Virus record (IMG/VR): IMGVR_UViG_3300017963_000016
Span: 29,472-93,471 of that record
Source of the DNA: a virus
Length of the DNA: 64,000 nt
Reading direction: 5' to 3' (one strand)
Positions 23,378 through 35,058 of the stretch are shown here, piece by piece. Every line of letters begins with the position of its first letter. Within the stretch, counting starts at the first letter, position 1. The notes under the pieces were generated by a model. The model was not told where the DNA came from. It was given only the letters and a program-made list of their open reading frames with translations, and searched no databases. A program made the translations under genes and the position numbers.

Positions 23378-23618
23378 AGAGATCAATACGTTTACAGTTC
23401 AGGTATTGTTTTGTAAATAAATATAATAATATTGAAGTTAGATAAATAGTATTCAAAAACCAAAAATGATGAGGAGAATAATTCCAATTGAAAGCTTGAG
23501 AGGAATTTAATAAGTTAAATATCCATAGTAAAAGTATTAATAATTGAACACTAAACCATAAAAATAAGAATCCTAAGATTGTTAATTTGATTAATTCTTT
23601 TATCCTTTTACTAAGCAT
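23175..23618 (-). CDS. Two-TM protein fused to permuted fragments of the adjacent DUF5131 gene
   Basis: Two hydrophobic helices, then LEIEHERKRITIEPILDFDLEE...INPEK, then YSDS..WNV.IGCKFD. Confidence 0.6.
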   Translation of the reverse strand: MLSKRIKELIKLTILGFLFLWFSVQLLILLLWIFNLLNSSQAFNWNYSPHHFWFLNTIYLTSILLYLFTKQYLNCKRIDLLEIEHERKRITIEPILDFDLEEVLSNIKNINPEKVYIGNIYSDSLKNWNVIIGCKFDSINKKKNKEV

Positions 23619-24093
23619 TGGTCAATTTCCTCCCTTTACATTCCTTAATATGATCATCTAAACATTCATAACAAAATTTTTCCAGGCATTTTTCACAATT
23701 ATTCATACAGGCATTGCAAAAGTCTTCATAACAGTTTTGGCATGTTGCCATACCTAAACACTCATTACATATAGATTTCTTACAATGAGAGCATTTATTC
23801 TTATTTCCAGGATTAATATAGTTAGAGCAATAATTATTACTACAATAACCTAATAATTCTTGATATTGAATACACACTTCAGGAAGATTGAGTAAGTCTA
23901 TATATTCCCTAAGAATATTCTTTAAGGAATTAATTAAATTGGTATTTCTCTTCCTAAATATCTTATCCAAAAACTCACTCCTTAATTTACAGGAATTTTC
24001 CTGGTATTTCTTACAATTACCACATGAAAAGGGATTAAGATTGTTCTTAAAATCTTGACCTCCATTATTAACAAAAAATTTTAGATTAGGCAT
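23611..24093 (-). CDS. Multi-CxxC zinc-finger protein
   Basis: At least 7 CxxC pairs, mostly in the C-terminal half. Confidence 0.6.
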   Translation of the reverse strand: MPNLKFFVNNGGQDFKNNLNPFSCGNCKKYQENSCKLRSEFLDKIFRKRNTNLINSLKNILREYIDLLNLPEVCIQYQELLGYCSNNYCSNYINPGNKNKCSHCKKSICNECLGMATCQNCYEDFCNACMNNCEKCLEKFCYECLDDHIKECKGRKLTNA

Positions 24094-25949
24094 TGGCTAT
24101 TTCCTCCCTTAGCTCTTTAATTTTATTCATTTTATCTAAGGTTTCTTTTAATTCAGGAATAGTGTAGTATTTTAAATTATAAATCTTTTCACTATATCCC
24201 TTGTTTTTATTGTTATGCTTTTTAATTCTCCTCTCTGAAAGACTTAATAATTCTGTAAAAAGTTCATACTTACTAGGCTTTTTTGGTTTTGGAGAATAGT
24301 AATCTTTAAGGATTTGATATAACAGTTCTAATTTTGATTGATGTATGATAGTTGATATTCCATTAGAGCAACTTTCTATCTTTTGTCTCTCCTCATCTTT
24401 ATTCTTATATTTACCATTTAGAATTTCATTTTTCCTTTTTTCCAGATAAATAAGATAATCCTCTTCCTCTTTTATTAACCTCATTATTTCTTTTTTACCT
24501 AATGGCATGATTATCCTCCTTTTTGATTTTTATTTTATGTAAAATAATTCCAATGGATATTAGAATTATACCTAAGATAAATACTATAATCTCTGCTAAA
24601 GTATCTGGATAATTACAAAAACAATAATCATACTCATAATCTTTTGGAAAAATGGCCAATATACAAAAACAGCCAAATGTAAAGATTATATTCATGACTC
24701 CAAATAAAATTAAAATATTTCTATATTCCATTTGAATTATCAACTCCATAGATTTTATGATAATGCTCTATACTCATTTCTCCTTTAGCAACTTTTATAA
24801 AGTCTTTAAGTCTCTGAGTTATTGGAGATTTATTAGTTCCTTTACAGAATGGGCATTTCTCAACATTTATAGGAGCAAATATATATAATCTAAATTCAAT
24901 CTCCTTTTCATTCACTTTAAACCAATATAATTTACACTCAGAGCAATAATAAACCTGGTTTGAAATATTTGAGGAAATATGTTTATGTTTTTCCATTAAT
25001 CTAACATCTCCTTAATTTTATCTTCTAATCTCTCATCAATTATTTTATCTATTTTATTTAATGTTTTACACATCCTATTTAAGATATAGTCAAAACACTT
25101 ATCCTGCTTTCCTTTATTACATATATCATAAAATTTACATTTCCATTTTTTACTCATGGTAATTTCACTAAGATTTGGTTATTTTCTAATAATTTTAGCT
25201 TAATTGCTCTAGATTTATCTATAGTTGTATCAATACCAGGCATTTCATAGATTTTCTCAATAGCCTTATATACCTCAGGGTCGTAGATTCTGAGTAATCC
25301 ATTATTCTGAAATTTAACTTTCATTGTTTTTGGCCTCCTGGAATTTTATAGGCATATCTATCCTCTTTTGACTTATCAGAATATTTCTCCTCCAATGTTT
25401 TAATATTTAAAGCTAATTCATTTACATTTCTATTGAATACAAATTTAATACAAATGTTAAAATTTCCCTCTAATGAGGAGCCTGTGTATATACAAGATTC
25501 ATGCTTTAAATTAAAATAAGAGCAACAATAACAGCCTAAAAACTCAGTATGAAGTTTATTTCTTTTGAATCTTAAGGAAATTAATGAATCCACTATTATT
25601 AAGCCTATTAGCAATACTAAGATATAGCTATGAAATTCCATAAATAGCATTAAGGCTAAGATTACTATAAAAATAGTAATTACTATAAGGAAATTTTTAA
25701 TTTCTTTATTCTCTTCAAACTTCTTATTTCCATTTACCATTCTCATTATTTTATCCATTTCTTTCAGCTCCTTTTGATTTAATTACAAGAGGAAGAGCCT
25801 GGTAATCCAGGCTCTTTTCTTTCCTCTCTGAAAAAATACTCTCAATTTGGTTATTACTATGATTTTTTGATAATTGTTTACCTGAGACTTTCTTACTATA
25901 TTTAAAATAACAAATATCCAGGTATTCTTTCAATTTTTTAAATAATTTC

Positions 25950-26021
25950 ATTTCTTTCACTCCTATTGATAATTTCTTTCACTCCTATTGATAATTTCTT
26001 TCACTCCTATTGATAATTTCT
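25950..26021. repeat. Perfect 22 bp tandem repeat x3.3 (ATTTCTTTCACTCCTATTGATA)
   Basis: Copies at 25950, 25972, 25994 plus a partial copy; spans the junction of ORFs 25963..26226 and 25751..25960. Confidence 0.95.
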
Positions 26022-26222
26022 GATTTGATGTAAATTTATGAATATAAACTACTCTTAAATTATGCTCTTCCTTAATCATTTGAATAAGCTCTTGAATATC
26101 TAATTCCTCTAAAACCCTATCATGTATCATAACTGTTATATCAACTAACTTTAAATCCTCATCTAAAATTTGATCTGTTATTTCATTCTCTTCCCTAATT
26201 ATTATTTCATTCATTCTTTTTA

Positions 26223-26666
26223 TCAACTCTCCTGTTTTAATTTCTCAATAGAATTACATTGACAACAGTATAACTCAATATTCTCATTATTCCATAATTG
26301 AATCATATCCCTCACTTTTTCTCTATTAGAATCAATATATTTTACATTACTTAGGTAATATTCATAGAAATTAAGTATTTTATTACAATTAAAGCATAGT
26401 CCATATTTTATTTCTTTTAACTCTCTCTCAATGATTAGATTATCAATTATAGTATAAAGATAACTTTCAGGAACAGATAATTTATTGAAATTGCTTTTAA
26501 AAACACTAAAAATAATTACAGGGATTATAACAAAATCTATATAAAAAACAATTATAAAGAAATTAGGGAAATAATAAGAAAAAATAATTGATATATACAT
26601 TGAGAAAACCCATATAATATATAAAATAGGAATTAATATTTTTTCTTTCATTCTGTTGGCCTCCAA
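26223..26666 (-). CDS. Two-TM protein with Loki-type CxxC...LW...YCCxC domain
   Basis: CFNCNKILNFYEYY...QLWNNENIELYCCQC. Confidence 0.6.
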   Translation of the reverse strand: MEANRMKEKILIPILYIIWVFSMYISIIFSYYFPNFFIIVFYIDFVIIPVIIFSVFKSNFNKLSVPESYLYTIIDNLIIERELKEIKYGLCFNCNKILNFYEYYLSNVKYIDSNREKVRDMIQLWNNENIELYCCQCNSIEKLKQES

Positions 26667-27179
26667 TTATGATTACAACTATTACAATGATTATAATTGA
26701 GGATATCTAATCTCCCATCATTAAATTGCTGATCTTGATATTTTGAGATTATATTTACCGAATTACAGATAGGGCATTTCTCAAGAGAATCGGAGAGAGG
26801 CTTTTCAGCCTCTCCCCTGTGTTGCTCCTTTATATATGGGTTTTGTGGATTAGCCATATTCATTCCTCCTATTCAATTATTTCTTTCTTAATTTCAATTG
26901 TTTTTATTTCGTAATCGTGAATTTCTTGGTTTTTTATTAAAATATTTTCTAATTTTTCCAATACTTCTTTTATATCTTCATTCTTGAATGCTCTTTCATT
27001 ATTCATTGTTATATCAAGATTTATTATTATCTTACTATTTTCCATTTCTCTTTTCTCCCTCACTAATAGCATTTTTAATTAATTGACAAAAAGGCTCTTG
27101 GTTTAATTTAAAATGACAAACTTCTTTATATATATGATTTGGATTACAGTCTCCTCTACATAAGGCCTGGTTAAGTTTA

Positions 27180-27569
27180 CTAATCATTCTTATTTCTCAC
27201 TATCCTCTGATCTTGTAATGTAAAACCTAATTTCTCTGCTAAAATATGTAAATGATCATAAAACCAACTCTGAGAGCATTTCAAATATCTTAAAGTAAAT
27301 TCTATAGGAGTATGATCTGAAAATTCTAACATTCTTTCCATTCTTTCAATCATAACCTCTAAGGGAGGCTCCAGGTTTGATGAGGAGAGTTTTTCATTCC
27401 TCCAAGATTCAAATCTTTCTAATAATTTAAAAGTCTCAGGTATAGTAAAATAATTCTGAATACACTTTTCAAATACTTCCTCTTTTGTCCTCCCAAAAAA
27501 GCCAATTAACTCCTCAGCTAATTTAGAATAAATTGGTAATACTTTTATTTCAAATTTTTCTTTCTCCAT
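27180..27569 (-). CDS. RHH-like N-terminus plus winged-helix/PCI-like C-terminus
   Basis: GRTKEEVFEKCI; MERMLEFSD..PIE...L..S...F...L..LAEKLGFTL. Confidence 0.4.
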   Translation of the reverse strand: MEKEKFEIKVLPIYSKLAEELIGFFGRTKEEVFEKCIQNYFTIPETFKLLERFESWRNEKLSSSNLEPPLEVMIERMERMLEFSDHTPIEFTLRYLKCSQSWFYDHLHILAEKLGFTLQDQRIVRNKND

Positions 27570-28277
27570 TTTAATCCTCTTTTAATATATTATATTCAAA
27601 TCCACATATAAAGCAAATAATGGAATGTTCTAAGGTTAAGGGATAATGCCTTTCTTCTGAATTACAACTAGGGCATTTTGGATTTAATTCTCTAATCCTT
27701 TTTTCAGTTTTTATAGCAATAGGATGAGAAAATAGTAAACCATGTATTTCATTAGTGTTTAAAGAAATTTGATGATCAATAATTAATACAAATTGAAGTT
27801 GATCAAGAGAAATCTCAGGATTTTTATTAACATAATCGAATAAGAAATCTCTTAGCTCTTTTGTTATTTTAGGATGAGAGGCTTGATTTATTTTTTCATG
27901 TATCTTTCTAATATCTTTTACTCCTTTCATTGAAGTATATTCTAAAACTTCTATATTAGCTGTCTCATATTTCTTTTCATTATCATTTGGATATTTATTA
28001 TATAATTCAGGCATTTCATCCCATGAGTGATCTGCTTTAAGTAAAATCTCAGCAATATCTCTCCATTTATTTCTTATAAATGTGTAATCTATGTTATCTT
28101 TATTATATTCGGTATTAAGCTGATTTCCTAATTTAAGGGATTCAATGTATTTACCAAGCATATTATATAATTCTTTTAGATCAATTGTTTTATCTAATTT
28201 TAATAATAAATATTCAGGCTCTTTTTTTCTCAAAATAGCTCCTTGATTAACAAATTCTTTTTGATTACTCATTTTAC

Positions 28278-28745
28278 CTAAACCTCAAAAAAGTTATTCT
28301 CTATTATTTTTCTTGTTTGTTTAATCTTTTCTTCTAATCTTTCTGGATTTTCTATTAGATAATCTTCTTTCTTTAGATTCCCAATAAAATTGTTTAGATC
28401 ACTTTCTTTAATATGCTCCGCTATGTTTTTAGAACTCCAGAGTAATGATCTAAGAGTATAGCTTAAAGCTTTTGTAATAGTATTTACTTCCTCTTCATAT
28501 CTTATATTATTATAGAAATGAAAATTACAGAATGGGCAAAACATCCAGGCCATTGATTCCTCATTATTTTCTATTCCCTTATCATAGTAAACCCAATTTC
28601 CAAACAAACCCTGAACTTTAAGAAAGATATGGTTATAGCTTGTATAATTGGAATAGAATTTAATTTTCTTTTCTTTATATAATATCTCTAAATTACTACA
28701 GCAAAAGAAAATCCAATTTCCTTTCTCATCCTTATCTATTTTCAA
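28278..28745 (-). CDS. CC...CPFC Cys-domain protein
   Basis: FFCCSNL...FCPFC. Confidence 0.45.
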   Translation of the reverse strand: MKIDKDEKGNWIFFCCSNLEILYKEKKIKFYSNYTSYNHIFLKVQGLFGNWVYYDKGIENNEESMAWMFCPFCNFHFYNNIRYEEEVNTITKALSYTLRSLLWSSKNIAEHIKESDLNNFIGNLKKEDYLIENPERLEEKIKQTRKIIENNFFEV

Positions 28746-29419
28746 AACAACTCATCCTCATACTCTTCTATTAATTTAGTATTACAATATATACAATTTA
28801 CCAAAGGAAATAGGCCATAAAATTCCTCAGGGTCGTAAACCTCTCCTGTTATTATATTTCCAACTTTCTTAGGAATAACAGCATGGTTATAAGATAACTC
28901 ATAAACATCATTACAGTTATAATATTGAGGAGCATTACTCAGAGTGAAAAAACCTAATAATGTTGCTTTCTCTAAATCCTTACAGCAGAATTTATATTTA
29001 TTTAAATGAATTAATTGCTCCTGAGAAAAATATTTAATATTAAAGTTGGCTCCAGGCTCATTATTATAATTGATATTTTTTAAATCAAATTCAAATTTAG
29101 TTGGTTTAAAGCAAAAACAACACTTATCAATTACCAAAGAATAATAATCAGAATCCTTTTGATAAGGCTCTAAATTAAATTGCTCTAAACTAATTTCTGG
29201 AAATGGCTCTAAATTCTTTTCAAGAATGGATTTTGGAATAAAATGATTTATAACAATCTTACTATTCCTTATAGTTAAGAGGCCTCTTATAACTGAATCA
29301 TATAGCTCATAACAGCAAAACTTAATATTTTCCTGAATAAAATAAGCTATAGCTTTCAAAATATCCTGCTGATCAAACTTACAATCCATTAACCAATTTA
29401 TTTTTCCTGTATTATTCAT
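28742..29419 (-). CDS. Protein with two tandem CC...CxxC domains
   Basis: KFCCYEL...CCFC and KFCCKDL...CIYC. Confidence 0.5.
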   Translation of the reverse strand: MNNTGKINWLMDCKFDQQDILKAIAYFIQENIKFCCYELYDSVIRGLLTIRNSKIVINHFIPKSILEKNLEPFPEISLEQFNLEPYQKDSDYYSLVIDKCCFCFKPTKFEFDLKNINYNNEPGANFNIKYFSQEQLIHLNKYKFCCKDLEKATLLGFFTLSNAPQYYNCNDVYELSYNHAVIPKKVGNIITGEVYDPEEFYGLFPLVNCIYCNTKLIEEYEDELF

Positions 29420-29677
29420 AATAAACTATTGAATATGTTAATTAGTATCTTATTATGTTCTGGTATTTTAATATCATTTTCATTAAACTTTTTTAAAAAC
29501 TCATCTTGAATCTCTTTTACTTCCTCTCTGAATGAAAACATTTGCTCTTTAGTGAGTAATGTTTCAGCTCTTTTCATCATATCTGATAATATTTTGATAT
29601 TATTAGAATCTGGAAAGAATAAAATCTCCTGCTTTAACATCATTTCTAAATGTTCTTTTATTGCTTTAATTATTTGG

Positions 29678-30112
29678 TTATTCATATTCCTCACTTAAAT
29701 CAATTATATCTAAAGCATTTTTTATACAAATTATTTTTATAGGCTCATAATCATAGTTCTTTTGAACTTCTTTTATACAGTCTAATATAGTAGAAAATGT
29801 TTTGATTACATCAGTAAATATTATATATGGAGCTTTAACTCTCCCATCAATTATAGTTTTAAGCTCTGGATTATAATGATATACAATAATCTTATCTTGG
29901 ATTAATTGAGTAATGGCCATTCCTATCTTGCCAATACTTATTATTACTAAATCCTCAAAAATATCCTTAGCAATTAAAAACTCCCTCTTTAATAATTCAG
30001 CAATTTTTAATTTATCTTCAGGAGTAATTTTTTCAAAATTATAATATTGATCTGTTTTTAATCCTGAACTTAGTTGTATTTTTCCATTTATAGTATATTT
30101 GTCAATATCCAT
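29678..30112 (-). CDS. Orotate phosphoribosyltransferase-like PRTase (degenerate)
   Basis: G.IQLSSG..TD.YYN; IIFTDVIKTFST resembles the VDDVxTTG PRPP loop. Confidence 0.65.
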   Translation of the reverse strand: MDIDKYTINGKIQLSSGLKTDQYYNFEKITPEDKLKIAELLKREFLIAKDIFEDLVIISIGKIGMAITQLIQDKIIVYHYNPELKTIIDGRVKAPYIIFTDVIKTFSTILDCIKEVQKNYDYEPIKIICIKNALDIIDLSEEYE

Positions 30113-30417
30113 GATTATCTCCTCTATTTTAATTTAAATTCTTTTTTACATGAATTACATGAATAAGTATTTTCACTTTTATAGGTAATACTCTGAGATT
30201 TACAATGAATACAATTTAAGCTTTTTTGATATTCAATTTTTATAGTAAATACTTCTTTCTCTTTTGAAATATTAACATTAATCCCTAAACCTTGTTTTAT
30301 TCCTTTAATAGAATATTTAGATAATTTATTTAGTTTAAATCTTTTATCTGATTCTAAAGCCTTTTTTATTAGGTCAGCTAGATATATTATTTCCTCCTCT
30401 ATCCATTCTAACATCTT

Positions 30418-31377
30418 TTATTCCTCCTGAATAAACTCCATTAAATTAAATTTATTATTATTTACTCCATTAATTTCTAAAGCTAACTGATAAGAGAAAT
30501 ATGGAGGAACTGAATTTCCGATCATCTTATACTGATTTGTAAGGCTCCCGGATATTTTATATGAATCAGGGAATGTTTGGATTCTCATTAATTCTCTAGG
30601 TGTAAATCTCCTGAGATTTACTTTTCTTTCTTCCTCACTTTCCAGGCTTAAATTGATATTTTGATTTCTCCTGATCAATTTAAAGTCATCTTTTGTTGTT
30701 ATAGTTCTACATGGCTCATCAAGAATTTGCTCTCCATGTTTAGTATAGAAAGAATCTTTTACTTCAGAGTCTCTTGGGATAAGTCTCTTATTTAATTTAT
30801 CTGAGTATTCTTGAGGAGGCATATCCCTTAAGGCTTTTCTAACAATATTCCATTTATGAATCTTATTTCCAAATAGATCAATTCCTCCTAGTTTTGAATG
30901 AGTTGGTTTTAATCTTTTGAAAGCTCCTGAGAAAGCTCTAACTCTGAATTGAGGAATAGCATAATTAACAAGATCATACTCAGCTATTATTGGGATTGTT
31001 ATATTGAATGTTCCTCTTTTTAGTAATGGAATTATTTGGGATACATTTTCCATTATCCAATATTTAGGCTTAATTACCTCAATCCATTTAAGAAATACTT
31101 TAACTAACTCCATTCCCTTATCTTTAAGGCTCCTGAAATTTGCTATTGATAACTCCTTACATGGAGGAGAGCCTATAATGAAATCAATCTTATCTCCTAA
31201 GAAATCATAGGGATTAAGCTCTCTAATATCAGCCAATATAAACTCAGAATCAATATTATCAGTATAAGACTTTTTTACAAATTTCCAATTGTCAATAGCA
31301 TATAATATTTTAAATCCTGCTTTTATGAATCCCAATGAAAAGCCTCCCATTCCTGAAAATAAATCTATTCCATTCAT
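30418..31377 (-). CDS. DNA (cytosine-5) methyltransferase
   Basis: DLFSGMGG, GSPPC, MENV, Q.RVR, RIQTFP, IGNSVPP. Confidence 0.93.
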   Translation of the reverse strand: MNGIDLFSGMGGFSLGFIKAGFKILYAIDNWKFVKKSYTDNIDSEFILADIRELNPYDFLGDKIDFIIGSPPCKELSIANFRSLKDKGMELVKVFLKWIEVIKPKYWIMENVSQIIPLLKRGTFNITIPIIAEYDLVNYAIPQFRVRAFSGAFKRLKPTHSKLGGIDLFGNKIHKWNIVRKALRDMPPQEYSDKLNKRLIPRDSEVKDSFYTKHGEQILDEPCRTITTKDDFKLIRRNQNINLSLESEEERKVNLRRFTPRELMRIQTFPDSYKISGSLTNQYKMIGNSVPPYFSYQLALEINGVNNNKFNLMEFIQEE

Positions 31378-32912
31378 TCTATTTTTATATTATATTTATT
31401 TGCTAATTCTAATAATGGTTTTAATTCTTTTTTTAATTGTTTTTTCCATTGCCTCTGTTGTTTTTCAGGCAGAAATATTCTCTCATTACAATCTTTAATG
31501 TATATTTGCTTTTCTTTAATTTTTCTAATTAAATCAGGAGTAAAATATTTTATATCCTGGATTGAAATTATTTTAAAGTTTTCTTTTAACTCTATTATTT
31601 TGTTTTTACCTACTCTCAAGCAATCCTCAAGAGAGCTTAAATGAGATTCTAAGCATTGAGCATTTTCCTTATCTATAAAATTGGCCATTACTCTTAAAGC
31701 TTTAAAGCTTACATTCATAGAGTCGAAAAGGAAATCCATTAATCCCTCAAAATCCTCAATTGTTTTTATTTCAGGCATATTTCATTCACTCCTTAGTATT
31801 TAACTTTAAGCTCCTCCCTTAATTTTAAATGTAATGATAATTGATCAATTAATTTAAGATGTTGTTTATTCATTCTTTCTAATTGAGTATAAGTATTAGT
31901 TAAATCATTAAATTGTTTCTTTAGCTCTTTAAACTCAGGATGATCTTCATAGATAATCATTGGTTTTATGTAATCATTAACTTTTAAGCGTAATATATAT
32001 ATATATATAAATGTTTTATAGCCTCCTCCATTGTCGCAAAATACTCCATAGCCAAATGACTTAACCTCTTCTTTAGCCTCTCTCCAATATTCCCAAAACC
32101 AATTAAAGAACTCTCCCTCAGATAACCATTCAACAACATCTTTCCTACCATAATACCATCTAATGACTGATGTATTACCTCTTCTGATATATTCTTGAAT
32201 AGCCATAACCTTTAATCTTTCAGCTCTGCTTTCTAAAGAAAGTATTTGAACATCTGAAATAAATGGCCTGGATTCAGTAATTATTATTCCTCCTCCTTTA
32301 GTTTTATTAAGTGTAGTTCCTCAAGAATGTTCATATCAATTAGCATATCTTTTGTTTTATTAGTTAAGTCTAATGAGAATCCTTTTTCTGTTGCTCTCTC
32401 AAAAAGCAACTCTCTTGAAATACTACATTGCTTTTCTCTTAGAAAGGAAAGAAGATCATTCATTATCATTTCCATTTCTTTATTATCTCTCAGTTTATTT
32501 TCAAGAGACTCTTCTTTAATATCTATAAAGTATCTTAAGAATTCCATTATCAATTTTGCTCTCTCACGATCTAAGATTATCTCATTCAGATATTTCTTTT
32601 TTCTAAACCAAGATCGTTTATAGATTGTTAATGATACCTCATCAAAATCTTTTAGATATTCAAATCTGAGAATTTCACATAAACAGGAACATTCAATAAA
32701 TATTTTAGGCTCAGCCATTTTAATTTCCTCCTCCAAAATTAATTATTGTAATTACTATAGTAAGCATAATTAATTGAATAATGAATAATATTACTAAAAA
32801 GAAAAAAAAGAACTTAGAGAATGAATTATTATCAAAGTCTTTGCTGTAATCTATTCCAAAAAATACTATTCCAAAAAAATTGATTATTAAAGCTAGTATA
32901 ATAAAAATCATT

Positions 32913-33866
32913 TTAACAATTAGCCTCCTGTCTTTGTTCTAAATATTCTTTTACACATTTTCTATTTCTTGAATCTCTTAATTCTAAAAACTCCTCCCAT
33001 GTTTTACTCCAAAATACACTCTTAAGATTAACCCATCTATGTAGTGCTTTCTGATAATGATCATCTTTATTATAAGGCATAACATAAGGGTCAATTCTGT
33101 ATTTCTTAAGAAAGTTTATTCTACTCATATCCTCTGATTCAGTTGTATTAAAACCAATTAGAACATAAAACATCATATTACCAAATTTGAATCCTGCTTT
33201 CTCTAGTATATGGAGCTTTTCCTCAATAGTAGATTCTAATCTTGGGTCGTCAAAAGCAAATCTAATTTGTTTACCAGGCCACATTTTAATTTTATAAAGT
33301 AATTTAGCATTATCATTATTTATTAATCTTATATCTAATCCCTGAGTAAAGTCAATCCTCTTTTTAGACTCTTTTAGTTTTTGTAATTCCTTAATATGAT
33401 CTTCATAAGCTAAAATATTATTATCTAATAGTAATACCTTATCTTGATCTTTTGTAAACTCACTTAGATCGGCATTCTTCTTGATAAAATTTTCTTTTTG
33501 AGGAACTATACAAAACTTACATTTTCTTATACAGCCTCTTGTAATAAAACCCATACTATAATCTAGATTGTTATATAGTGAGTAATCTGGATATAGATGT
33601 TCAATAGATTCAGGTAAATCTTTTCTAATAACATTTCCATTAGAATCTCTAAAGCCTGAGCCTCCTTTAATCATATCAGCTCTTAAATAATTATCATTAA
33701 GGTTTGGATATGTGAAAATTTTAGAGGCGTATATCTTATCATAAAAATTATGGAATAAAGGAGAATACCAGGATACAATATCTCCTTTCTGCTTATGATA
33801 AGAGCTTAATTTCATAAGAGCTAAGTTTGGTATTTTAGAATCTACATTGAATAGAGCAACTTTCAT
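32913..33866 (-). CDS. Radical SAM protein of phage type
   Basis: PNLALMKLS.YHK, PDYSLY, TRGCIRKCKFC (CX3CX2C), DNNIL, QGLDIRL, YVLIGF. Confidence 0.88.
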   Translation of the reverse strand: MKVALFNVDSKIPNLALMKLSSYHKQKGDIVSWYSPLFHNFYDKIYASKIFTYPNLNDNYLRADMIKGGSGFRDSNGNVIRKDLPESIEHLYPDYSLYNNLDYSMGFITRGCIRKCKFCIVPQKENFIKKNADLSEFTKDQDKVLLLDNNILAYEDHIKELQKLKESKKRIDFTQGLDIRLINNDNAKLLYKIKMWPGKQIRFAFDDPRLESTIEEKLHILEKAGFKFGNMMFYVLIGFNTTESEDMSRINFLKKYRIDPYVMPYNKDDHYQKALHRWVNLKSVFWSKTWEEFLELRDSRNRKCVKEYLEQRQEANC

Positions 33867-34193
33867 TTATGAATTGGCCTCCTGGATTATTGTAAGTAAT
33901 GATTTCCCTAATTCAGTTATTTTTAATTTAATATTACCATTCTCATTTATTTTATTTTTAAAATTCTTCATAAGGAAATTAACTTCTTTTATTTTTTGAT
34001 TTATTGAAATGAATCTTTTATCCTGGAGTTTACTTAATACATGGAATAAAGCAACAGGAGACCTTAAAGTTATATCATTCTTAAAGTCTAACCATAATCT
34101 CACTATAGATTGTTCTCCTCCTTTATTTAATCTTTTTAAAACCTTAGTCATGTTTTTACCAATAGTTAAGCAAATTCTAGAATCTTCACACAT
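33867..34193 (-). CDS. Winged-helix protein with long wing
   Basis: VLSKLQDKRFI...KITELGK. Confidence 0.55.
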   Translation of the reverse strand: MCEDSRICLTIGKNMTKVLKRLNKGGEQSIVRLWLDFKNDITLRSPVALFHVLSKLQDKRFISINQKIKEVNFLMKNFKNKINENGNIKLKITELGKSLLTIIQEANS

Positions 34194-34440
34194 TACTATT
34201 CCTCATCAGAGATAAGTATTAATTTTTTTAAATCTAATTCCAGGTATTCTTTTTTAGTAATTTTTTTTACTGAATATTCTATTCCTGGACCATAATTTTT
34301 TTTTAGATATTCTTCAAATTTTCTAAGTTGTTTTTCTGAATAAAAAATAAAACCCTCTACCTCTCTATCTGAGTATTTCAATATAGGGATTGAGAGAGCT
34401 TGGCATTCATTAGGTTTTAATAGATATATTTGTATACTCA

Positions 34441-35058
34441 TTAATCCTCATCTTCCTCATCAGTTGTAATTCTAGGAGCAAATATAAAGTTATATTTATC
34501 ATTCAGAATAATTAAGGGAGCCTTAGGAGAAAAGAAAATATTATGAGGAGCTTTTATCAATTCAAATGATTTATCTATAATAGCTTTTTTATATTGTTGT
34601 TCATTTGAATCCGAAATTCCATAAAGAACAGCCTCATTAACTCCTTTTTTCTTTTTTGTTATTTTATTATCTATCAATTGATCATTTACAGGAATTGATT
34701 TCAAATCTTCTTTCTTTATTTCTTGAAAATTTCTTTTCCAGAGTTTTTCTAAGTCTTTAATGTTAACTATCTCAGTTGTTATTCCAAGAAGTCTCCTAGA
34801 GTCAATTGCCCATGTATATCCATAAACTTCCTGAATATGAAAATCCTCCAATACTAATTTATAATATTCTTTCTTTGCCTCCTCAAGCTTTTCACAATCA
34901 GATTGAGAATTACCACAATCAATATAATTACCACAACAATCACATTTAGTTTTTGAACAGATATTATTACAGTAATTATCCTCTCCAAAAGCCTCATCTC
35001 TGTAATAAGCAAAATGATTGTTTAACATTTCTAAGTCTATATCCATTTTAATTCTCAA
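34441..35058 (-). CDS. Cys-cluster protein with PCNA-like C-terminus, paralog 1 of 3
   Basis: YC...C...CDCCG...C....C; ends FFSPKAPLII...FIFAPRITTDEEDED. Confidence 0.55.
   Translation of the reverse strand: MRIKMDIDLEMLNNHFAYYRDEAFGEDNYCNNICSKTKCDCCGNYIDCGNSQSDCEKLEEAKKEYYKLVLEDFHIQEVYGYTWAIDSRRLLGITTEIVNIKDLEKLWKRNFQEIKKEDLKSIPVNDQLIDNKITKKKKGVNEAVLYGISDSNEQQYKKAIIDKSFELIKAPHNIFFSPKAPLIILNDKYNFIFAPRITTDEEDED

Noticed and set aside
22546-23383. Diversity-generating retroelement TR/VR pair
   Set aside because: Mismatches are not adenine-specific, a 61 bp A-containing core is identical, and no reverse transcriptase lies in the window.
25950-26021. CRISPR array
   Set aside because: Repeats are directly adjacent with no spacers, and no cas genes are present.
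29678-30112. Genuine pyrE
   Set aside because: The PRPP-binding loop is degenerate (TDVIKTFS), the protein is short and there is no pyr context.
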